A DNA stretch of 64,000 bases from the NCBI GenBank assembly GCA_010909165.1, contig MU008182.1, positions 124,001 to 188,000 on the forward strand, given 5' to 3'. This DNA is from Anthoceros angustus (lineage: Eukaryota > Plantae > Anthocerotophyta). Shown here one piece after another: positions 50,543-62,890 of the stretch; position 1 is the first letter of the stretch, and every line of letters begins with the position of its first letter. Made by a program: the position numbers and the translations under genes. Under the pieces are notes generated by a model. It made no database searches and was not told the origin of the DNA. It saw nothing but the letters and a program-made list of their open reading frames with translations.

Positions 50543-50603
50543 CTTATATATAACTTATATATATAATTATATATATATAAGAAACTTTTATATAACTTAT
50601 ATG
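50509..50603. repeat. (AT)n microsatellite with degenerate tail
   Basis: Seen directly in the sequence. Confidence 0.95.
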
Positions 50604-51054
50604 AAAGAAACTTTGTTGAATAAAAGATATTCATAAGCAAGAAAAAACACAACAGTTGCTGGTTGTAGGTCCTGAGGCGGTGATTTGATGGAGCAGCGCA
50701 GGAGCGGCGCGGTTGCTACCAGAGTTGGTGATTGAGGAAGCGCTAGTCGTGGAAAGGCGCTGAGAAAGGAGTAGTGGGCAATCACAGGGCGGTCCGCGCC
50801 ACGCCATAGGGAGTGATCCTACCGGTGGTAGGAAGGGTCCCTACGTGCGTAGCAACACTAACCTATTGCCGTAGAGAGTGGACCTACAGTCGTAGGGAAT
50901 CGTTGTAGGTCCGGAAGCGGTGTTTGACGGAGCAGCATGGTGAGCCGTCGCTACTACCTATGGAGCGAGTTGAGGTCGCCCTAGCTATGTGAGGGGGCTT
51001 GGGGGTGTAAAGAGGTGTGTGGTTTGTGCCTTGGATACTAGTGAGCTGACAATT

Positions 51055-51207
51055 AAGAGTCTTCTAGGACGAAACCTATTGTACTTAGCGACAAGAGTCT
51101 TCTAGGACGAAACCTATTGTACTTAGCGACAAGAGTCTTCTAGGACGAAACCTATTGTACTTAGCGACAAGAGTCTTCTAGGACGAAACCTATTGTACTT
51201 AGCGACA
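51055..51207. repeat. Perfect 38-bp tandem repeat x4
   Basis: Unit aagagtcttctaggacgaaacctattgtacttagcgac at 51055, 51093, 51131 and 51169; no spacers. Confidence 0.97.
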
Positions 51208-52708
51208 GTGGGATAAGTGTGGCCACTATAGGGTGATCTTGGGGGTCTGGGGTTTTCCTTCCACACTTGGGATGGTTATGGACAATGATGCCGACCCATC
51301 CCCCGTTGCTCCGTTCCTTGAATGCCTGGTTCCTAGCTCCCCTCCCGCCTCCTCGGGTACGAATGCAGTTCACCTGTCATCTCCCTCCCCGTCACCATCC
51401 CCCCCCTCCTCCGTCCCTCCCTCTCTCACTCCTTCCCTTCCTTCCCCTTTCTGCTGCTGTACTTCCTAGGGATGCCTCGTTTCCCCATGGTGTCAGTCGT
51501 CAATTGTTGGTGTATTTTCGAGCACCTGTGGGCAAGCTCAACGCGCTGAAATCCGAATCCGCCAGATCTTGTCGGAGGATGCCACCAAACTATCACTTGA
51601 GGATCTTCATGATGGACTTGCGCTACTCTCAAATGCTGCATTAGTCCTTCTCCTACATGATGCGATTCAAGTGAAAATCTAGTGTTTGGCTACTCTCCCT
51701 CTAGAGTAATATGACCCATCGGAGGTGGACGCTCATTCTGAGTAAGGCACCCTTATTTGCTTACGATAGTGTATTCTAGCGGTTATGTGCAGTCGCCTTC
51801 TCGCGACTCCCTTCCCTGACCTATCCAGATTCATCAACCTTCTCATAGTTTATGATGTGGTTGCTATGCACACTGAGGCACTAGCCTCCCACAAACCGGA
51901 TCTATGGATGCCCTTAGCCGTTTGGTGAAGTGCAATCGCTGACCTTAACCGGCACCCCACCCCTCCTAAGATAGAGTTTTTTCTCCTCTCACACCTCCCC
52001 TAGGCTGTTCCAGCTTGCACAATTTTCGGTCCATGGATGAAACTACAAGACCCAACAAATTTGTTTTCGGGATCTATTATCAAAAACATCAAGAACATTG
52101 GCCCAGTGTTCTAGGGTGAAGTGAGCAAGTTTGGGTGTGGTGTTGTTTTACACGGTCCAGAGCCCCAGGGGGTCTAGAACTCACGCGAAACTGCTGCAAC
52201 ACACCAGGCACTAGGATTGTCCCGGCTCTTCGTGCATTGCTTCTAATTGTTCTTTATGTACAAACTCAAACCAACATAACTTGCAGAGGATCAGCCAATG
52301 TAATTTGGCGTGGTTCCATTAACTGAGGAAAGACCATGTCGGCCGTAGCCGACAAGGGTAGGCCTAGAGTGAAGAACTGAGTCTTGTTGCCGCTTAGCCA
52401 AGCCTTGTTCTACACCCGAACAAACGTGACCCTTGACCGTGTGTCCAAGAGCATCACCAGAATGCCGACACCCGGATATAGCAAACTTGGGTTGAGTGAC
52501 CTATAGTGAAGACGGATGACTTCTCACTGAAGCAGATGCATGATCAGAACATGAATTATTCTGATGAGGTTTTCATAGCAACCTCAGTTATTAAAGTTCA
52601 GAAAATGAATAATCACATATAGCTCGAGCCTCAAACATGCCAGAATAGCAGCCCAGTAGCCGACCTTTCCAACCCTATATACTTTCATCACAATATCCAG
52701 TAGCAAAC

Positions 52709-54935
52709 TTAGCCCGATGATCTCCATATCCTGCCTTCAAGGGATATGACCATGACCGATACATCATCATGGTACTTTCGGCGGTCCCCTTGAGGAATAT
52801 CCAGTAATTCATGAAAATCCATGCCTACAGCAGCCAGTTCAAACACCCAAACGGGGCAACTTGCTGAATCAGTGAGGAGATTACATAACTATGATGTCAG
52901 CATCAGGAAACCGCAGTCCTTTAGCTGTGGTGCTTACCTGCATTTTTGGCAGCCCGGAAGAGAACCTCTTCTATAAGATGCTGGGCAGGATCGCCATCTG
53001 GAAACTTCTCCATAAACCATTCGACATGGGAGATGACTTCCTCATTGCTCATGTACTGATACAAGCCATCAGATGAAAGCACCAAAAAATGATCGTCAGG
53101 GCCCAGCCTATGGTGATGTAAGAACGGCGTGCAAATGATGTATGGGGTGGTACCAATGAAGTCAATGCGGAACATTTCCAGCAAAGCACTGTTCCACTTT
53201 GGCTGCCACAAAGCAAACAACATTCTCAAATCATCAGCCCAAGCTCCACACCAGTACAACGTCATCGCACCTTCCTCAGTGAAGAGGGGTATACCTGCTT
53301 GAGAAAACCTGCCCCAAAAGCACGAGTAACTTTTAAACTGCCCTTGACGCGATCATTGCAAATTGATGAATCGTCATCAGGATGCTCTGCTCTGATTCTC
53401 AATACCTCCTGCACCACACATGCAGAACGTCCACATTCAACATCTCCGCTGAGGCAAGAATCTGTACAAATAGGCATGTGAGGTAGCAAAGTTTCAATAA
53501 CCTCATATATGCTGGTGCTGTGATCTGAAGACAGCTGCAAGGCACCCAACAGCTGCCCTGAGGAAGGAGGACCCATTTTGCCTGCGTCATAAGCCTCAAG
53601 GGCAGCTAGTTCAGTTGGAGTCTCCTCAATAATGCGCTCGAGCTCCAGACGCAACAAAGAGTCCCTTGCTCCTATCCTATCATGGTCCTCAGACTTACTA
53701 GAGTTAGAGTGGGGCATATTGTGGTATCTGCTTGGTTTTAGCAATGAGTCAAAAGGTTCCACCTTGGGATATTGTGCTAAAATGGCACGACTGTCCCCGA
53801 CATTCATAATATACACGTCCTCGTCCTTCATAAGCATAACCAATACACAGGACCCCATCAGAGCCAGTTCCGGGTTTTCTTCCAAAGCTTGGTCAGCCAT
53901 GTCCAGGTAAGCATCTTCTGTGGCCTCTAAAGCCCGTGCAAGTGCTCCCAAGACAGCTGAATGGTCAGCCACACCCTTGCTCCAGGAACTTGGTTGGGTG
54001 TGCTCATTTTCCTTCTTCCCATCAGCAAGATTTCTATCTCCGTGCAGCTTGTCTTGTTCCCAGTCATACCTCCACTGCAAGTATTTTTTCTGAAGACTTC
54101 TCCTCTTATCGGGGTGCTGCGTGGTTGTGATTCCCACGGGCACTTGCTTTGGGCACAAACTTGGGGAAGTCGAGCTTCCCTGCCCTTGCGGTTTCTTGGA
54201 TGTTCCCTCCTGTTCAACAAGCAATCGTTTGTCTTCATGTTCAGGAGGCATAAGGAGTTGACAACTCTGAGATTTTAGCCCATGCTGCTCATCTACCGTT
54301 TTTGTAACAACATCCATGAGCGAACCGTCTTTTCCTGGTTCTTCCGATCCAGTGTTAGTTACACTAAGCAACTCTCCATTATCTACCACAGCTTTCAGTC
54401 CCAAATGACCGCTTTCAGCCTCTTGAACGGCCACATAATATTCTTCTCGGCTGCAGCCTGATACGTCACTTCCATTTCCATGAAGGCCATTTTGACATAC
54501 ACCAGTTGCCCGATGTTCTTGCTCTTCAGTGTTCTGAAGCTCAAATCCGTCCTGGTCCCAAAGAAGCCCCTTAAGTTCCCTGTAAATAGCAGGATAGAGG
54601 TTGCTCATGAGAAAGTCAGGAGCATCTGGACCATTGAAACCATCATAGATACCGACGAAAAGCCACCCGTGCTCCTCAGACAATACGACGTGAACTCGAT
54701 CCTCACCAGCCTTTCCCTGCGCCCACTGGAGGTTATCATTTGCCCTTGTTTCGAGTTCCGAGGATGTATACCCCGTGTCCGGAGGGGAGTCTTGAGCATC
54801 TCTGAGCCGCTTATCCCCGAAAAGGAAGGACTTTTGAGTGCGTGCGAGCCTGGCAGAAGTCTTTGCAATCACCTTTTTGAAAGGCTTACTTACCGCCTTG
54901 ACGAATTTTGATAAAGAGTGCCTCCTCCTTCTCAT
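52709..54935 (-). pseudogene. PLL: POLTERGEIST/PLL-type PP2C, 3' ~three quarters with introns 53409-53501, 53203-53294 and 52825-52937
   Basis: [58 protein letters not shown]|EVLRIRAEHP, RVKGSLKVTRAFGAGFLKQ|[36 protein letters not shown]. Confidence 0.95.
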
Positions 54936-55755
54936 AGTTTATGATGTGGTTGCTATACTGCGAGGCACTAGCCTCCCACAAACCGGATCTATGGATGCCC
55001 TTAGCCGTTTGGTGAAGTGCAATCGCTGACCTTAACCGGCACCCCACCCCTCCTAAGATAGAGTTTTTTCTCCTCTCACACCTCCCCTAGGCTGTTCCAG
55101 CTTGCACAATTTTCGGTCCATGGATGAAACTACAAGACCCAACAAATTTGTTTTCGGGATCTATTATCAAAAACATCAAGAACATTGGCCCAGTGTTCTA
55201 GGGTGAAGTGAGCAAGTTTGGGTGTGGTGTTGTTTTACACGGTCCAGAGCCCCAGGGGGTCTAGAACTCACGCGAAACTGCTGCAACACACCAGGCACTA
55301 GGATTGTCCCGGCTCTTCGTGCATTGCTTCTAATTGTTCTTTATGTACAAACTCAAACCAACATAACTTGCAGAGGATCAGCCAATGTAATTTGGCGTGG
55401 TTCCATTAACTGAGGAAAGACCATGTCGGCCGTAGCCGACAAAGGGCCTAGAGTGAAGAACTGAGTCTTGTTGCCGCTTAGCCAAGCCTTGTTCTACACC
55501 CGAACAAACGTGACCCTTGACCGTGTGTCCAAGAGCATCACCAGAATGCCGACACCGGATATAGCAAACTTGGGTTGAGTGACCTATAGTGAAGACGGAT
55601 GACTTCTCACTGAAGCAGATGCATGATCAGAACATGAATTATTCTGATGAGGTTTTCATAGCAACCTCAGTTATTAAAGTTCAGAAAATGAATAATCACA
55701 TATAGCTCGAGCCTCAAACATGCCAGAATAGCAGCCCAGTAGCCGACCTTTCCAA
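54927..55755. repeat. Duplicate of 51838-52672 (PLL 3' flank)
   Basis: Near-identical sequence, including the same 63-aa ORF at 52135 and 55222. Confidence 0.95.
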
Positions 55756-58455
55756 TGGCCCAGAGAGAAAACCTCGGTCAAGTGGCCCCGACAAAGGGCC
55801 GGAGCTGAGCGGCCCTGAAATGGGCACACTTCTGGGCACTGGCTGCAGAGGAAGTGCACTGAAAGACGCAGTGCTCTTGAAATCTGCTGCGCGATCAAAA
55901 TGTATACTTGAGTAAGTGGTGAACTGCTCATTGGATAGCATGGAGCGTGGCGTTGCCGTGTTAGCGCTGACAGAGGCCCCTGAGATAGATTTGAAGGATG
56001 TCTCTGACACTGGCTTGAGTTTTCAAAGGAACTTCTGGGCCTGTCTGGAAGCCCTCGAGACTTGTCAGGCCCAGCCTATGGTGATGTAAGAACGGCGTGC
56101 AAATGATGTATGGGGTGGTACCAATGAAGTCAATGCGGAACATTTCCAGCAAAGCACTGTTCCACTTTGGCTGCCACAAAGCAAACAACATTCTCAAATC
56201 ATCAGCCCAAGCTCCACACCAGTACAACGTCATCGCACCTTCCTCAGTGAAGAGGGTATACCTGCTTGAGAAAACCTGCCCCAAAAGCACGGTAACTTTT
56301 AAACTGCCCTTGACGTATCATTGCAAATTGATGAATCGTCATCAGGATGCTCTGCTCTGATTCTCAATACCTCCTGCACCACACATGCAGAACGTCCACA
56401 TTCAACATCTCCGCTGAGGCAAGAATCTGTACAAATAGGCATGTGAGGTAGCAAAGTTTCAATAACCTCATATATGCTGGTGCTGTGATCTGAAGACAGC
56501 TGCAAGGCACCCAACAGCTGCCCTGAGGAAGGAGGACCCATTTTGCCTGCGTCATAAGCCTCAAGGGCAGCTAGTTCAGTTGGAGTCTCCTCAATAATGC
56601 TTTCGAGCTCCAGGCGCAACAAAGAGTCCCTTGCTCCTATCCTATCATGGTCCTCAGACTTACTAGAGTTAGAGTGGGGCATATTGTGGTATCGTTAAAC
56701 TAAAATTACTACGGACCACTGGAAGAAGAAGACCAAAATTTTTTATGTCCACAAAAGGACGGATGACCGTCATGGGGACTGAAATATGGCCCGTACATAA
56801 ATTGAGATAAAAATACTTGAATTAGTTTAAAATTAAAAATTAAATAAAATAGGTGATAATAAATCAACTAGGTGATCAATAGTGTCACTGAAATTGCATG
56901 AACAAGGCCTTTGCACCAATTCATCTTCACTGAAGAAAGCCATTTCACCTGCAACACGTGCACCTCTAGAAGCACATAACTTGTCTTTCTAAAACTTCCA
57001 TCATAGCGATGTAAGATCCTCAACTAAGTTTATATACAACTGAGTTGTCCATAGCATAGACCTTGCCGATCATCCTTAGAGCAAAAAGTCACAATGAGTA
57101 TGCACTCTCTGCCAAAATCCTTTCCAAGCGAGAAGGCTCGGGAAGAGGGTTGAGACATCACACTTGCGGCAAGTGACAAGGAACATCTATGAACAATTGC
57201 ACAATGCAGAAGCAATTCCGCTTTGTGCAATCTTCAGCCAAATGGAGCTTTTTAGAATTGTCGATTCCTAACCGAAATTAAAAGTGATCCAAACTCATCT
57301 TCACCTAAAAGAAAACATAAAAAGGTGGAAGACCCTCTGTTCGCTCCGAGCTCTGGACGAAGTCTCAAGAGAAAAGCGAACCCTCAAAGAGCTAGAAGCT
57401 ATTGCAAAAGCTAAGAATAGCAACGAAGGCCGAATGCGCATATGGAAGGTAGTTCATGCTAAATAGGTAGCTAGCTAGCTTGCTATGTAGCACCGATTGC
57501 AAGGTATACATTTGCCGGTAGAAAAGGAGCATACTCGCGTGGAAAACAATTAGAGGGGAGGCTCGCGAAGGCGAGAGCGGCTTGTGGGAAGGTGAGTTTT
57601 GAACAAAACTTCATATATCAGAAACGAACACCTCTTAATTAGATGGGGTATTCTTTTTTTCTTTGGTTAGAATATTGTGGTATCTGCTTGGTTTTAGCAA
57701 TGAGTCAAAAGGTTCCACCTTGGGATATTGTGCTAAATGGCACGACTGTCCCGACATTCATAATATACACGTCCTCGTCCTTCATAAGCATAACCAATAC
57801 ACAGGACCCCATCAGAGCCAGTTCCGGGTTTTCTTCCAAAGCTTGGTCAGCCATGTCCAGGTAAGCATCTTCTGTGGCCTCTAAAGCCCGTGCAAGTGCT
57901 CCCAAGACAGCTGAATGGTCAGCCACACCCTTGCTCCAGGAACTTGGTTGGGTGTGCTCATTTTCCTTCTTCCCATCAGCAAGATTTCTATCTCCGTGCA
58001 GCTTGTCTTGTTCCCAGTCATACCTCCACTGCAAGTATTTTTCTGAAGACTTCTCCTCTTATCGGGGTGCTGCGTGGTTGTGATTCCCACGGGCACTTGC
58101 TTTGAGCACAAACTTGGGGAAGTCGAGCTTCCCTGCCCTTGCGGTTTCTTGGATGTTCCCTCCTGTTCAACAAGCAATCGTTTGTCTTCATGTTCAGGAG
58201 GCATAAGGAGTTGACAACTCTGAGATTTTAGCCCATGCTGCTCATCTACCGTTTTGTAACAACATCCATGAGCGAACCGTCTTTTCCTGGTTCTTCCGAT
58301 CCAGTGTTAGTTACACTAAGCAACTCTCCATTATCTACCACAGCTTTCAGTCCCAAATGACCGCTTTCAGCCTCTTGAACGGCCACATAATATTCTTCTC
58401 GGCTGCAGCCTGATACGTCACTTCCATTTCCATGAAGGCCATTTTGACATACACC
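55747..58455 (-). pseudogene. PLL: Scrambled PLL fragments (55747-56076, 56068-56693, 57672-58455) interleaved with a non-gene segment (56694-57671)
   Basis: Each fragment matches the 52709-54935 or 60563-61312 copies apart from homopolymer indels and a few substitutions. Confidence 0.9.
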
Positions 58456-59070
58456 TTGCCGATCATCCTTAGAGCAAAAGTCACAATGAGTATGCACTCT
58501 GCCAAAATCCTTTCCAAGCGAGAAGGCTCGGAAGAGGGTTGAGACATCACACTTGCGGCAAGTGACAAGGAACATCTATGAACAATTGCACAATGCAGAA
58601 GCAATTCCGCTTTGTGCAATCTTCAGCCAAATGGAGCTTTTTAGAATTGTCGATTCCTAACCGAAATTCTGAAAAGTGATCCAAACTCATCTTCACCTAA
58701 AAGAAAACATAAAAAGGTGGAAGACCCTCTGTTCGCTCCGAGCTCTGGACGAAGTCTCAAGAGAAAAGCGAACCCTCAAAGAGCTAGAAGCTATTGCAAA
58801 AGCTAAGAATAGCAACGAAGGCCGAATGCGCATATGGAAGGTAGTTCATGCTAAATAGGTAGCTAGCTAGCTTGCTATGTAGCACCGATTGCAAGGTATA
58901 CATTTGCCGGTAGAAAAGGAGCATACTGCTGGAAAACAATTAGAGGGGAGGCTCGCGAAGGCGAGAGCGGCTTGTGGGAAGGTGAGTTTTGAACAAAACT
59001 TCATATATCAGAAACGAACACCTCTTAATTAGATGGGGTATTCTTTTTTTCTTTGGTTAGAATATTGTGG
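57061..59070. repeat. ~610-bp non-gene segment present twice (57061-57680 and 58455-59070)
   Basis: Same 60-aa ORF at 57284 and 58676. Confidence 0.9.
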
Positions 59071-59394
59071 AACGCAAAAGTTTGGGTCCCTTTGTCATTT
59101 TTATCCAGTTTGGTTCATTTGCGTTCAATCTTGATTCAAAGTGATCAGTGGGTAGTAACGAATGTTTCTTCTTGAGCCATCCAGGAAAGTTAGGGACCAG
59201 GGTAGGAATTTGGGAGTTTCTCAAGTATAGATAGCTTAGCCGGTAGGGAAGGTACTTGCCCAGTAAGTTGTAGGCAGGGGGACCTACTGAAGTATGTCAG
59301 TACCGTACGCGTGTAGGGGATATTTCTATAATTCTTTTAGGCTATATATGTGTATATACCTAGGAAATTAGTAATTAATTTAGTACCCATAGTT

Positions 59395-60198
59395 TAAATA
59401 GCAGGATAGAGGTTGCTCATGAGAAAGTCAGGAGCATCTGGACCATTGAAACCATCATAGATACCGACGAAAAGCCACCCGTGCTCCTCAGACAATACGA
59501 CGTGAACTCGATCCTCACCAGCCTTTCCCTGCGCCCACTGGAGGTTATCATTTGCCCTTGTTTCGAGTTCCGAGGATGTATACCCCGTGTCCGGAGGGGA
59601 GTCTTGAGCATCTCTGAGCCGCTTATCCCCGAAAAGGAAGGACTTTTGAGTGCGTGCGAGCCTGGCAGAAGTCTTTGCAATCACCTTTTTGAAAGGCTTA
59701 CTTACCGCCTTGACGAATTTTGATAAAGAGTGCCTCCTCCTTCTCATGTAACCAGAGTAGCGTCCTCCTAAGGGAGCTGAGAAGTGGCTGCGGTCCACTG
59801 GCTCCAATGGGCCAGACAAGTATCCTCGCTCCAGAGGACCTGACAGGAAACCCCGCTCTAGTGGACCGGACATGAATCCCCTTTCCAATGGCCCAGAGAG
59901 AAAACCTCGGTCAAGTGGCCCCGACAAAGGGCCGGAGCTGAGCAGCCCTGAAATGGGCACACTTCTGGGCACTGGCTGCAGAGGAAGTGCACTGAAAGAC
60001 GCAGTGCTCTTGAAATCTGCTGCGCGATCAAAATGTATACTTGAGTAAGTGGTGAACTGCTCATTGGATAGCATGGAGCGTGGCGTTGCCGTGTTAGCGC
60101 TGACAGAGGCCCCTGAGATAGATTTGAAGGATGTCTCTGACACTGGCTTGAGTTTTCAAAGGAACTTCTGGGCCTGTCTGGAAGCCCTCGAGACTTGT
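59395..60198 (-). pseudogene. PLL: PLL exon-1 internal fragment
   Basis: ORF 59394-60143 ([16 protein letters not shown]...SGPL repeats...LYPAI). Confidence 0.9.
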
Positions 60199-61589
60199 GG
60201 AACGATTGGATCTTGGGAAATCGATCACTGCCTGCAGCTACACACTACCTCAGCCCTTTAAACAAGCAAGGCGCCCACTACTTTCCCCCTTACAGCAGCT
60301 GCACCACCTGCACTGCTTCGAAAACTCACCAATCCTCGACCTACAACGACACCATACAATTGCAGGTTATGTCTTAGCAGCAAGGAGACAGTCTATCACG
60401 GGTGCTCAGGGACCCCCTGACCCACGCCGTGATTTTGTCTTTACCTCTAAGGCCAACTCTTCCGACAATTTGAGCACCCTCTTGTACAGATTTGGGATTC
60501 GTCCCTTAGGCTCTGCTTGTGGCCTTCCACTTTTGCCTACACTCTAATCCTCTACTCATCATCCTCCTCCTTCTCATGTAACCAGAGTAGCGTCCTCCTA
60601 AGGGAGCTGAGAAGTGGCTGCGGTCCACTGGCTCCAATGGGCCAGACAAGTATCCTCGCTCCAGAGGACCTGACAGGAAACCCCGCTCTAGTGGACCGGA
60701 CATGAATCCCCTTTCCAATGGCCCAGAGAGAAAACCTCGGTCAAGTGGCCCCGACAAAGGGCCGGAGCTGAGCGGCCCTGAAATGGGCACACTTCTGGGC
60801 ACTGGCTGCAGAGGAAGTGCACTGAAAGACGCAGTGCTCTTGAAATCTGCTGCGCGATCAAAATGTATACTTGAGTAAGTGGTGAACTGCTCATTGGATA
60901 GCATGGAGCGTGGCGTTGCCGTGTTAGCGCTGACAGAGGCCCCTGAGATAGATTTGAAGGATGTCTCTGACACTGGCTTGAGTTTTTCAAAGGAACTTCT
61001 GGGCCTGTCTGGAAGCCCTCGAGACTTGTCAGGCCCAGCCCTGCTCTTCGGCGCCGAGTCGTCCAAGTGATGCTCGTGCGAGACATCATACTCCGTCAGG
61101 TCGGATTCCACACCAATTTTGTCCACAAGCTCCGCAGGTTGAAGCGAGTGAGACGGCGACAGTGAAGGCGAGTCCAAAGCAGGCCGAATGTAGCAGAAAG
61201 AGTGACCCAAGCCTTCATCCAACGTCCCGGAGGATGCGACTCCCGGGCCTTCTCCGTCATCATACGCTTGAGAACCGAAGCACCCCACCACACGGGACGC
61301 ACTGTTGCCCATCACATTCTCTGACAGGAAGCTGGACCTGGTTGATATGGCATGCTTGACAGCCCGCCCCAAGGCCAGCTTCTACCCCACCTCGTTCACT
61401 GGCGAACCACGAGCTGAGAGTAGGGCACGCGCAACATGCCCATCTTGACCTGCACCTCCGAATCACGGTAGTCTACTTCGCAACCCTGTGGACTGTCAAA
61501 CTAACGTGGGCACTCTCACCCTTACCAAGACAACCGGCCTGGGTCCGCATGTCCAAGTTCTTCCTTGGGTGGTTGCTATGAGTTTGACA
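60196..61589 (+). mobile_element. LTR-like sequence (60196-60562 and ~61470-61589) interrupted by the PLL 5' fragment
   Basis: Begins TGTGGAAC and ends GTTTGACA; collinear with the reverse complement of 4830-5286. Confidence 0.5.
60563..61312 (-). pseudogene. PLL: PLL 5' fragment (250 codons from the ATG)
   Basis: [44 protein letters not shown]-x-R-G-F repeats; breaks off after YMRRRR. Confidence 0.93.
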
Positions 61590-61609
61590 CCAGACATGGT
61601 AGTGGTTCC

Positions 61610-62890
61610 TCAGCCGGTGGCGAGCGATGTCCCAAAAAGGGGTTCGTAACAATGTGCTACCCGCCATATGTCCCGATCATAACCGCACGCCACTTCAAAA
61701 TCCCCCCACTCCCCGCCTGTGGGGTATGGACAGGCGTTGGAATAGTGTCCGGGGTTGCCACAATTCCAGCAGACCACAGCCGCCCGAAGAATCCCTGGGG
61801 GGGCTCCCATGCGATGTTGCATCGGGGATCGGGGCATGGACGGACCTCCCGCAGAAGGATACATTGTCTTTGGATATCGCGGCCCCGGAGGTGCTTCTTG
61901 CACTTGATAGGCGTCCTCCTATTGCTCCTCGGACTCTTCCTCGTATTCATACTCCACTTGGTTCACGGGTCTTGAAAGATAGTTAGCCTTCGAGTGCCCA
62001 TGTTGATGGCATACTGCACACCATAAGTGGGTCCTGACCGTGGTGGCTGCCTTCCGCCTCTCCCGATCCTTTACCTGATTGATCGTTAGCTCCTCTACCT
62101 TCTTCATTACCCGCTCCAAGTCCTCCTTCAAGCCAGCTACTTCCTTTAAAGGGGCTGGATCAGTTGGAGCCTCTCGCACCGGAGCGAGCATCACGACCTC
62201 CTTCTTCTCGCCTCTCCGTTTCACCACGGTCTTCTTCTTTTTGTTTTTACGACGGGGTTCTTCCTCCTCCGTAGAGACTTTTGACTCCACCTCTGAGGTC
62301 TCCTCCTCCTCCTCCGAAGAAACCTCGGTCTCCTCACCTTCCTCTTCCGAGGGTTCCTCTTCTTCGGACTCCGAGCCCCTTCTCTTCTTTTTCTTGTTCC
62401 CCCCTTGGGTCGTCTTCGTTGGGCGGGGGCGTTCTGTGGTGCCCGATACTTCCTCTGGGGGCGTTCTGTGGTGCCCGATACTTCCTCCGGGGGCATTCTG
62501 TGGTGCCCGATACTTCCTCCGGGGGCATTCTGTGGTGCCCGATACTTCCTCCGGGGGCCTTCTGTGGTGCCCGATACTTCCTCCGGGGGCCTTCTGTGGT
62601 GCCCGATACTTCCTCCGGTACCACTGAGCAGCCGTCCCTCGAAGAACCCCCTGAAACAGTTGGATGAGGTGCGCGTTGGTACCCTCTCCGTTGAAATTCG
62701 CCCCTGACACGAAATCCTCCACGAATGTTTCCGCATCCCTCTCCTTCTTACCTCCAAAGAGGGAGTACACTTGCTTCGTCGACGTCAGAGCCATCCCCGC
62801 GGCCATCAGTGGTTGAGGGTTCATTGTTCCACTCACTCCCGCCGCCGGACTTCGCACTCCGTCTTCCTCGTGGTCTGATAACTCTACCAC
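61610..62890 (-). mobile_element. Ty3/gypsy gag with internal deletion/minisatellite and one premature stop
   Basis: FGGKKERDAETFVEDF...LRGTAAQWY, acidic/basic tracts, CAVCHQHGHSKAN, and in frame after a TAG, CWNCGNPGHYSNAC. Confidence 0.8.
62432..62618. repeat. 32-bp minisatellite x~6 within gag
   Basis: Unit ttctgtggtgcccgatacttcctccgggggc(a/c/g) at 62432, 62464, 62496, 62528, 62560 and 62592. Confidence 0.97.

Noticed and set aside
51055-51207. CRISPR-like 38-bp repeats (also the 32-bp array at 62432 and the 42-bp array at 24781)
   Set aside because: Units are directly adjacent with no unique spacers, there are no cas genes, and the context is eukaryotic.
51470-51940. Degenerate + strand frame (RAEIRIRQILSEDATK...) downstream of PLL
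   Set aside because: Multiple stops and no recognisable domain; cannot be assigned.
59790-59945. SGPL(D/E)RGF repeats as a novel repeat
   Set aside because: This is a normal feature of POL/PLL N-termini.
52709-61312. PLL fragments as retrocopies from RT template switching on mRNA
   Set aside because: All three GT-AG introns and the 3' flank are retained in the copies, and there is no poly(A) tract.
62079-62757. Long overlapping ORFs on both strands around the gypsy gag
   Set aside because: Shadow frames of GC-rich, low-complexity gag and the 32-bp array.
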